Source: Marsupella aquatica
Taxonomy: Eukaryota > Plantae > Marchantiophyta
Length of the DNA: 64,000 nt
Assembly (NCBI GenBank): GCA_973895155.1
Contig: OZ316894.1
Location: 15,058,699-15,122,698 of the forward strand
Direction: 5' to 3'
Shown here in pieces: positions 25,501 to 34,909 of this stretch. Position numbers and translations under genes: made by a program. Every line of letters begins with the position of its first letter. Positions within the stretch are counted from its first letter, which is position 1. Under the pieces are notes generated by a model. It was not told the DNA's origin, did no database searches, and saw only the letters and a list, made by a program, of their open reading frames with translations.

Positions 25501-26760
25501 GAAATTGTGGGCCTTAAAAGGTCAGTAAGTTGGCTTATGTAGTTTTTATGTCCCTCCGCTATGTCAATGCGTGTTTCATTGCATCAGGGCATCAGTCGCT
25601 GTTTGCCTATAACCGGACTGTTCATTCTCTGTCCACTCATTTGATGTAATTCTTCCCATTGCCGCCCAATGCTATGGCGCCCATGCTACAATTTGTGGTT
25701 TTTGTCTAAGCACAAATCCTCTCTGTGCCTGGTCTCTGTGTCCCGTCATTGGGATTGATTGTGTAGACGTTTCCTCTTCTCCCAGTCCTTGTCATCCACC
25801 AGCCAAAGCACATTGGATTGTTTTCAAAGGAGGGCTGTGTAGTTTGGAGGGTTTGATCTATGCAGCGGATTTGAGCAGATTGGCGGTTGTTAGTTTCTTC
25901 TTGTAAAACCTGTCTGTCTTTTCTGCTTTTGGCCATGCTCCTTCACTTCTTGCTGCAAGCTCAATGTGCTTCAGCTATGGCAATATTCACTTACCCTATC
26001 CCAACGGCACTACCGTGAGCTGTAGGACAGCCAACAGAAGCAGATTGTATCGATTGCATGTAAGTCAGGGTATTTTATGTATTGCGGAACAACTGTCCAA
26101 GTTTGCTGCAATGGCCGGTCTTGCGCAGCTGAATGAGCCAATTTCATTTTCCCTGTGCACTTCTATTTCTCAAAGAATTCCCTGGTCATGCTCATTTCCC
26201 CCAGAGTTAGAAAACAAAGAAGAAGAGCTGACTAATTGTAATTCCAATCCATATCCTGATCGGTCAAGGATTGTTCACTACATTGGCCTTGTCATTGGCC
26301 GAGGTCACCAAATTTTGCTTGGTTTCATTCCTGTGGAGCACTGCTGTGATGGATTTGTCGTAGCATTCTGCAAACTCTCACGGTTTGCTTATGGCCATTA
26401 TTTGCAATTTGCTGCTACTAATATGTCTTCTTCTGAGCAGCATACACCATAAGTAAGCAATAGTGGAGGTTTAACTGCACATCAACACATCTAGTGAACT
26501 ACCTCTCTGCTGCTCACTGGAGGGTGAGACTTTCACTCTTTCTGGATATTGTAGTTTGTAAGCAAGTTGATTAGGAGTGTTTCATGCTATGTTTACACTG
26601 TGACCCCTAGCTGGAACCAATGGAATGACACAGTGAGTGGGAACTGATAATTTAAGGTTGGTTGCTGTTGGTGAGGCAAGTACAGCTCCTGCTCACCTTG
26701 CTGATCGAAGGTGCTTATCAGAGGACGTGAACACACGACATCTCCACAAAAGCAACACTT

Positions 26761-27210
26761 ATGGTGAGGACCCGCAACGCTGAACATGTGCGGCTTGCAC
26801 GCAAGGCAGAGATGTTGCGCCTTGAGTATGTCAGACTTGGGATCCTTCCAGCCCAGTCTGCATGGTACTTTGAGTACCCAGTTGTTGCCAGGAACAACTA
26901 CAGCCGGCCTGTACCTGCTTCTCCACCCTTCCCAACATCCTTGGTATTTCTGTCTCTCATACATGACCCGCCACAAATTAGGGCCCAAGGGTGTGTGCAC
27001 AGTTGCCAATATGATTGTCCTGCCTGTAGGGCTTCTGGCCTAGAGTTGGATGACCGTTCTCTTGGATGTCGGTTTTTTCATAGAGCACAATGTATCATCT
27101 GGAACCACTCGCCATCCTGCAGTGTGCCTGGCGATGTCACTTGTCCTGCCCTCCCAGACCCCACCACCGGTCACTTTGGTGTCTACACATGTTTGGATCA
27201 CACGCTCTAG
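26761..27210 (+). CDS. Small Cys/His-rich ORF of unknown function inside the CACTA, 149 aa
   Basis: ATG-started ORF co-oriented with the other cargo, containing CVHSCQYDCPAC...CRFFHRAQC...C...C...CLDH. No family recognised. Confidence 0.4.
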   Translation: MVRTRNAEHVRLARKAEMLRLEYVRLGILPAQSAWYFEYPVVARNNYSRPVPASPPFPTSLVFLSLIHDPPQIRAQGCVHSCQYDCPACRASGLELDDRSLGCRFFHRAQCIIWNHSPSCSVPGDVTCPALPDPTTGHFGVYTCLDHTL

Positions 27211-27879
27211 AGGACCACTTGTCACACCGCATGCACAAACCAGAGACCATTGACCTATAACTTAACACTTTGACTTGAACAGAGAGGATATTTACTTAAG
27301 ATTTTGAATTATGACCAATTTTGGGTCCAGGGTTTAGGGTCAACAGTACATAACTTATCCTATTATGGCTACACTAAGTACAATATCCTAATTTAAGAGG
27401 CTAGCAAGCTCACTTAAAAGTCTCCTTTCAAAGACTGGAATTAATGGGCCATGTGATAACCTGGAAAAAGTGATTTCTGCCTAACTTATTTGTCTCATTC
27501 ACTATCATAGCCTATTTAGGATGTATAAATTACAACCCTGATCACAGTGCTTGATACCAATCCTGTTCAAAAAATGCCTGTTTTACATGTCACGACTGTT
27601 ATATGTGATTCAAATGCATTAAATCTTGTTGCAGATCTCCTTTGGTGAATCATAGCCACAAAATTGAGGTGTAGGTGGAGCTATTGTACGAGGGGATCAG
27701 TTTTTAGTGTGGGCTCAACAAACCAAAAAGTATGTCTACTCTGCACATGTGTGTGAACATTTCATTGCAGTAGCAATTGCCACTCTAGTCTATATGCTAC
27801 ACTGTACTTTTTGTACACTGCACTAAATTGTATTGTCCGTGCACTCTGCTAAATTGTACTATCTGTCTCATGCGTAGGC

Positions 27880-28548
27880 ATGGCACGCCCTAAAATCCGA
27901 GCCAAGAAGCGGGGGACAGAGGTGAGCAACACAGGTGTAGTTGGGCCAGATGGTAGTAACTTCTCCGCAAGTCAGATTTTCCAGAAGGCAGCTCATTGTT
28001 GTGCCATTTGTGACGATGGTGGTGGCTTAGCCATATGTGAGGGCCCTTGCATGAGGCATTTCCACCTCAACCCGGAGTCTGACCTTGCTGCAGAAAACAA
28101 CTGTCCAGGGGTGGGCCTCCCGTCAGCACACCAGGGAGGCTGGATGTGCACTGATTGTTTGGAGAAGCAGGCTAAGTGTGCACAGTGTGGGAAGTTGGGG
28201 TCTTATGAGGGCTCTGTTGATGCTCCACCACTTGTTAGGAAATGCCCTGACAGATATTGTGTGAGGTTCTTTTGTTTTTCATGTTTGCCCGATCTTGCCA
28301 CAGCTTGCCCACTTCATAAGTGCAAGGCATGTGGTCAGCACGATGAAGATTTCTGGGTGGACATAGTCCACTGTGTTAGGTGTCCCTTTCATTGTTTGAA
28401 GGAGCGTCAAGCAGAAGGCTATGCTTGTGACAGACACATCTATGATCACTCTGCACATGGTGTTGATCGATGGATCTTCTATTGTCATCGCCATGCCATA
28501 GATCCTACTTTGCACACTCCCATGAGAGATCACATTTCTTGGCTTTGA
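27880..28548 (+). CDS. Stand-alone EDM2-like composite PHD-finger protein with N-terminal NLS-like segment, 222 aa (CACTA cargo)
   Basis: CAICDDGGGLAICEGPCMRHFH...CTDC...CAQCGKLGS...CPLHKCKAC...CVRCP...IFYCHRHAIDPTLHTPMRDHISW parallels the Arabidopsis EDM2 PHD region as recalled (CAICDNGG..CCEG.CLRSFH...CPLHKC..C...CRRCP...IYC..HEID..L.TP.RDH). N-terminus is RPKIRAKKR. Confidence 0.85.
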   Translation: MARPKIRAKKRGTEVSNTGVVGPDGSNFSASQIFQKAAHCCAICDDGGGLAICEGPCMRHFHLNPESDLAAENNCPGVGLPSAHQGGWMCTDCLEKQAKCAQCGKLGSYEGSVDAPPLVRKCPDRYCVRFFCFSCLPDLATACPLHKCKACGQHDEDFWVDIVHCVRCPFHCLKERQAEGYACDRHIYDHSAHGVDRWIFYCHRHAIDPTLHTPMRDHISWL

Positions 28549-29146
28549 ACCTGAATAATATACATGCATAGTGCACCTGATGTGGATACCTTGGAGATTG
28601 TAGACATTCCAATTTTGAGAAGAAGGACCTCTGTAGGAGAGGATGCTTAGGCAACAAGTACCCTAAGTTCATTACTTGTTCCTGGGTACATGCCTTCAAA
28701 AACTGCCCTTAAGCCTTCTAGGAACTTTTTTAACTCTGCAATCATTTTGATCACGACTTACATGACACTGCTTAAATTAAATCAGGACTTCTCATTATGA
28801 GCATATAAGTTACAAGGCTATTTAATTTGCGAGAATTCCCTTAAAGTGTACCAACATTTTGTATTCTCATTGAATGTCTGCCCATTTACAACATCTGTAT
28901 GTGGCATCACAAAACAATTGCACTTGTCACCTTCAATATTGTGAAGGCACATATTCAAACTATGAGGTGCATGCTTGCAGGTGTCTAGTATGTTTGTCCC
29001 AATATTTCTCCCGTTTGGAATCGGAGCAGAGACTCACCAAACGACTGGACTGGACCAAGTTATAAACGCAGCATTTTAAGGGCCCTCTGATTATCAGGTG
29101 AACGCATTATCTTCCGGTCTGCAGTGATTAGGTGGCCCGTGTGTAC

Positions 29147-29995
29147 ATGGCCTCTAGAAAACGTACAAAGGTTGACCACCCGCCTCTGTTGGCTGGAATC
29201 AAAGCCATTTTGATTCCTGGCCACTATGGGTTCACCCAAGTGAGTTGGCCAATCGTACAAAAACGATTCTCAGAGTTCCATGGGACTGAAGTCAAGGACA
29301 TCACTCCACAGACTACACATGTTGTTGCGGGGACATGGCTGGATGTGATGAACAAGTGGTCATGGTCCTTCATTGATTCTGCCATTACCAACCAAGGTCT
29401 AAAAGTAGTTGAAGTCTCTTGGCTGACCGATTCTGTTAAACATAGGTGTGTACAGAGTACTGAGCAATATGAGTTGTGGGAGAGTGAGGAGGCCACTGCA
29501 GAGGCTTTGGCTGAAAAGGAAGCCTATGAAGCAGCGGCAGAGAAACCCAACTTTGCTTCTGTCCAATATGGACCTGTTGTCAACATAGGACACCATCCTA
29601 TGCGTGCAGATGCTATATTGAATGAGCATGGCAAGGAGAGAAATACCATTATGAAGGGGTTCAATGTGGTATTTGCAGAAGAAGGAATTGGGGAGACTAA
29701 GTGCAGACTGTACAAGTCTATAGTTGTTGAGCTAGGTGGGACAGTGGAGGAGAGTCTAACAGAAACCTCCACTCATGTTGTAGGTCTGTCATACATAAAA
29801 ATATGCAGAAAATTCTTTAAGACAACAGTGCGTGATTTTGTCATGAACAACAATCTTTGGGTGCTTTCCCCTGATTGGCTTCTGGAATTAGCAGCTAGAG
29901 GGAAGCGACAGAATGCTTGGGACTTTGATATTTTTGAGGCCTGGCCCTCCAAGATTCAGCGAAGATGTATGCTTAGCAAAGGTGGGAGAGAGTGA
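29147..29995 (+). CDS. Tandem BRCT-domain protein (CACTA cargo)
   Basis: Two BRCT units: LLAGIKAILI...FHGTEVKDITPQTTHVVA...VVEVSWLTDSV...YEL and IMKGFNVVFA...ELGGTVEESLTETSTHVVG...VLSPDWLLE. N-terminal RKRTK. Confidence 0.82.
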   Translation: MASRKRTKVDHPPLLAGIKAILIPGHYGFTQVSWPIVQKRFSEFHGTEVKDITPQTTHVVAGTWLDVMNKWSWSFIDSAITNQGLKVVEVSWLTDSVKHRCVQSTEQYELWESEEATAEALAEKEAYEAAAEKPNFASVQYGPVVNIGHHPMRADAILNEHGKERNTIMKGFNVVFAEEGIGETKCRLYKSIVVELGGTVEESLTETSTHVVGLSYIKICRKFFKTTVRDFVMNNNLWVLSPDWLLELAARGKRQNAWDFDIFEAWPSKIQRRCMLSKGGRE

Positions 29996-30171
29996 GGAGT
30001 AGGAGTCCCTCATATTTTTGTATAAAACACAATTTTGTAATAAATGTGATCCTTGAACTAACTCATCTTGTCATGGTTGGTCGCAGTTGAAGTGATTGTT
30101 GTTTCCTGCTGCGTGGGGTGTGACTGTGAATCTACTTGCTGGGCTCTGTTTGGCTGAAGACTTTGGTGGGT

Positions 30172-30705
30172 ATGCTGCCTCTTCCAGACCGTCAGGCCCT
30201 ATGTAGGGTCCTCCTACGGGTTGCATCGTGCATGGCTACTGCTTGGGCTTACTTGTGTGGATTGGTAACCAGACAGAGTGTAGCTCCATCCGAGATAATG
30301 CCTGCAGACCTTGGATGTGTTGTGAATGCTGTGGTGAATGAGGATGCACAGTCGGAAGAGGACATTTACTTTTCAGCAGATGAGTTAGACAAGCACGATG
30401 CTGTAGGTGGTTCCTTGTTGCCTGATTTGGCAGATGATATAGTTCTTACACATGTCTGGCCGAGGGTTCTTGTGGTGTCTGGCGCACAAGATATCTGCAA
30501 ATATAGACTAATTAGTACCCAGTGGAGGGACTTGGTAGCAACATGTGCACCATGGAGGGCACTGCTGCCATTGCTTGTAGGCACGGATCGAAGACCACCA
30601 TGGCATGAGCAGGGTTTAGACCTTGATGACTTAATGTACATGCCTGAGTACCTCAGGGCTGAGTGGCATCGACAACAGGATTGGTATCCGTATTTGATGT
30701 GGTAG
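30172..30705 (+). CDS. F-box-like small protein lacking an obvious substrate-binding domain (CACTA cargo)
   Basis: SLLPDLADDIVLTHVWPRV...CKYRLISTQWRDLV matches the F-box pattern LPxLPDDIxxxIxxRL...RxVSxxWRxLV. Confidence 0.62.
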   Translation: MLPLPDRQALCRVLLRVASCMATAWAYLCGLVTRQSVAPSEIMPADLGCVVNAVVNEDAQSEEDIYFSADELDKHDAVGGSLLPDLADDIVLTHVWPRVLVVSGAQDICKYRLISTQWRDLVATCAPWRALLPLLVGTDRRPPWHEQGLDLDDLMYMPEYLRAEWHRQQDWYPYLMW

Positions 30706-31031
30706 TAAGATGAGGACATCTCACACCGGTCTCGCACCTGGCACCTGTGTCTATGACTATACATGATTGGACTCTGATATGGTCATGGATGTACGTGCAG
30801 AGGCAGTACATGTGAGGACAGCGGAGGAGTTGACACCCTCAAACATTTAGGAATTTTGTCTCATTCACTTGAGAATAGGTACATGACTCAGGCACCTATA
30901 TTTTTTGTTTTTTTGTTTTTTTGGAACGTTACGTATTTTGGCAAGTACAGTCGGGGGTGAAATCCTTAACAGGAAGTGTATTTTTCACTTGCATAATAAA
31001 ATGACAGGGTGCTGAGTGCGTGTGTATAGTG

Positions 31032-34000
31032 ATGGCTCCAAGGTTGCCTCTTCACAACCCATTTAGGATTAGGCATCATGATTCTAAATTGTGGATGCGT
31101 GAACAAGCCCGGGCCGCCCAAGGTAGGAGTAGGAGGATGAGATGCCCATGCACACAGTGCCAAGGATTCAAGTCGTTGAGTTTGAACACTGTGCACCTTC
31201 ACCTGCTGCGGCATGAAAGGCACCCTCGGTGGAGGGTTTGGAATGTACCAGCAGAAGAAGACTCCTCTGATGAAGAGTGGAGAGCTGACTTTGTGGATTC
31301 TAATACAGCTAGGCGTAGAGACTACGTAGAGCAGGACATAGACTGTGCAGAGGATGGTCCTGGGGTCCAACATGAGAACGTGGATGACCAAGATGGAGAT
31401 GCAGAGGCAATCACTGAGGACGGTGGGATGGATGTCCCAAGAATGGTTCAAGAGATTTTTGAAGACCTTGATGCTTTTTACGACACAGTGGAATCAGAAG
31501 AGGACAATGAACCGCAGCCACACATTGGCGACGGCCAAGCTCAACCTGACTTTGACATTGGGGAAGGTGCAGCAGAGAGGGAGTGGGTGTTTGGGGGCCC
31601 AAAACACATCAAAGAAGCTTGCATTCCTATCTACGAGGGGTCGAACTACTCCAAGCTGGGTTTTGTCGTGTTGTTGTTGAACATCTGTGGCAATCACAAT
31701 GTTCCCAATATATTTGTGACAGAGTTGTTGACCTTCCTGCGCCGAAATGTGTTACCAGATGGTAATTCAATTCCAAAAAATATGTACGAGGCTAGGAAAT
31801 TGATGTCTAACCTTGGGCTGAACTATGTGTCTATTGACGCATGCCCTGATGGGTGTGTTCTCTTTCGCAAAGAGCATGCAGATAAATTGACATGCCCTCA
31901 TTGTGGTAAGCACAGGTACAAGAATGTAGGGAAATGTACACACCCTGCCAAGGTTCTTCGTCATTTTCCTCTCATTCCTAGACTACAACGTCTGTTTAGA
32001 TGCCCTGCCATTTCCAAGCTGATGACATGGACTCCTGATAACAAGAGCAGTGATGGCCTGCAGCGTCACATTGGAGATTCCAACCATTGGAAATTTGTTG
32101 ATGAGAGGTGGCCACAGTTTGCTGCAGAGAAGCGGAACTTTCGATTTGGTCTATCACTGGATGGAGTAAACCCATTTGGAGACAAAAACAACCGTTATTC
32201 ATGTTGGCCGGTTACGCTGCTAAATTACAACCTTCCCCCATGGATGACTACAAAGAGGTTTTTTGTCATGATGGTGCTGTTAATCCCTGGACCAGCTTCT
32301 GTGACCGAGCAATTCATAGATATCATGTTGGCTCCAGCAGTGGAAGAGTGGAAGACTTTGTGGATAGAAGGGGTGTTAACCCATGATGTTCTGAAGGGGC
32401 TTCTTCGACCTAGCCCCTTTAGACTGCATGCAATTTGTTTGCTGGATATAGCAGATTACCCAGGCCATGGCATCATATCTGGACGAGTGACAAAGGGCTA
32501 TGTGGGGTGCACACCATGTGGGAAAAATGTGACAAGTGAGTGGTCGCATGCCCTGCACAGTATGAAATTTCAGGGGCATAGAAGGTATCTGCCTGTTGAT
32601 CATCCTTACAGGCACACACGGTCTCAAATTGCACACTTCAACAACAAAACAGAGCTTCGTGGCCCACCACAGAGGGTCACCAGAGAGCAAGTCCTGAGGT
32701 GGGCAGCCAGGAAGGCTGATTGGGACAAGAGAAGTGCCACTGATCGAGAACCTGAGGATCCAGTGGTGAAACACGGTGTGAAAAGACAGACCTTGATGGA
32801 CTTGGAGTTGGAGTACTGGAGGGTAATGTACTTAGCCTCCAGCCCCTGTATGATTGCAATTTTAGATTGGAGCAATGGTGGATTGATGTTGGTTACAATC
32901 CTCCTATGTGGTTAATTAGTGTTTCTGTTGTTGAATTCTTTGCTTTGTGGAGTGCAGGAATTCGAGCCCAGCAAACACAATGTGGACGTCATGCACATTG
33001 AGAAAAATATTTGTGAGAGCTTGCTGAAGTTCTTGTCGGGTGAGAAAGATACAGGAGCAGTTCGAGCTGATATGCAACACAAGGGGATTCGCCCTCACCT
33101 TTGGTTGAAGCCCCATGCAAGCAATCCCAATGTACTTCTCAAGTTCCAAGCTCCCTATGTGTGCACACAGGATGAATGGAAGACATTCTTGTATAGATTG
33201 AGCTGTCTGAAAGTGCCCTCTGGCTATGTTGGTGCCTTCAAGAAGCATATTACAAAGAATAAACTTGGCAGTATGAAAACACATGACTACCATGTGTTGA
33301 TGCAACACATTCTGCCCCTATGCCTCAGAGGTCTCATGCAGAAACCAGTCCGTAATGTCATTCTTCGACTGTGCAATGTATTTTGCCGTATATGTGTGAA
33401 AGTGTGGGATCCCCAAGGATTGGAGCAGTTGAAGCAGGATGCTGCTTATGTCCTCTGTGACTTGGAGATATACTTCCCCCCTGCTTTCTTTGATGTTATG
33501 ACTCATCTCCTAATCCATGTGGTAGAAGAGCTAGGGCAGTATGGGCCAGTCAGTACCAGATGGATGTACCCTATGGAGCGATACATGAAGTTGTTGAAAG
33601 GTCATGTGAGAACATACTACAGGCCAGAGGCTTCCATGGCATTGGGGTACATTACGGATGAGACGTTGGGATTCCTAACAGAGTACATGGCTGGGTCTGG
33701 TGAAGCTATGACAAGAGTTTGGAAATCTGGTGAAGATGATGGAGTGAGTGGCGAGGTTGTTGAAGGTGTGGGACGTGCTGTTCAACTGCCTGTTGCGATT
33801 CGAGACAAGGCTCATTCATATGTGCTGGCAAACACAGAGCCTATGCAACCATGGTGGAGGTGAGTGATTGAATTGACTTGCCTTTGTTGTGATGCTTCTT
33901 GTCTGTTCCAAGGGTGATCTTAGGTTGTCATGTGTTGTTTAGACCTAACTATGCCTGTACCTCATAATGCAGGGAATATGATATGCAAAAAGCTGCACAC

Positions 34001-34732
34001 TCTGGGCAGCAGGATCCCTTCCCACAGTTCGAGCAGTGGATTCGGGTGACAATTCGAGAGCATAGTAGACATCACCCAGATATGGAGAATGATTTGTATC
34101 TTCTATCTGTGCCACCACGATTGTCTATTCTGACCTACAAACGGATGAGAGCTTATGGAAATCATTATCGAGTGAGGGATGAGCAGGGTGACCATTGTGT
34201 ATCATATGATTGTGGTTTGATTTCTGTGTTTGAGCAGAGAACCTCTGAAGAACAGAGGGGGTGGATGAAGATGGGTTACGTGGGGGAGTTGACCGACATT
34301 TGGGTGTTGAATTATGGTAACACAAGTGTCCCAGTGATATTGATGAAGGGATCATGGGTGAAATCAGAGTGGCAGAGACCAAGGGCCACCATGAAGCGTG
34401 ATCATGATGGGTTCTTGTTGGCCAATTTTAGGTCCAGAGTACCAGAATGGTCTGAGCCTTTTGTTTTCCCTAGCCAAGTTGAACAGGCTTTCTTTGCAGA
34501 TGTGGAGGAGTCACATGACTGGAGGGTGGTATGCCATAGCCAAGCACGGAACAGGCGGATGGATGGAAGTAAAGTAGAGTTCAGTTTGGATGACCATGCT
34601 GCATTCGAGCATCCTAGTCATGAGACTGTACTTCCAACTCGGGCAGGGACTGACTACATCCCCTTAACATTGAGAGAGACATATGATGAACCTGGGCAAA
34701 TGGAATATGATGAGGTTGATGATTTGCAATAG
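31032..34732 (+). CDS. CACTA transposase TnpD (transposase-associated, Transposase_21, DUF4218, DUF4216); exons 31032-32822, 32958-33859, 33973-34732
   Basis: Motifs RCPCTQC, IDACPDGCVLF...CPHCGKHRY, GLSLDGVNPF...YSCWPV..LNYNLPPW, DVMHIEKN, MKTHDYH, WMYPMERYM, EPFVFPSQVEQAFF. GT-AG introns at 32823-32957 and 33860-33972 join the three ORFs in frame. Confidence 0.93.
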
Positions 34733-34909
34733 GCAACAGCTGGCGATTGGCAAGTATGAGGTTGAGGATGACTACCTGCACAGAGTCACATAACGGGAAT
34801 TGCTGCCTGGAATGATGTTTAGGATAGTTGGATATGCATGAAATTGATTGATACTTTGAATTTAGTGTGCTGATTCTCCCTGTTTGGTTGTGGGTGTTGT
34901 GCAGAAGCT

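Noticed and set aside
24061-26452. Short ORFs in the CACTA left arm
   Set aside because: No motifs were recognised and the composition is intron/UTR-like, so they were treated as noncoding leader.
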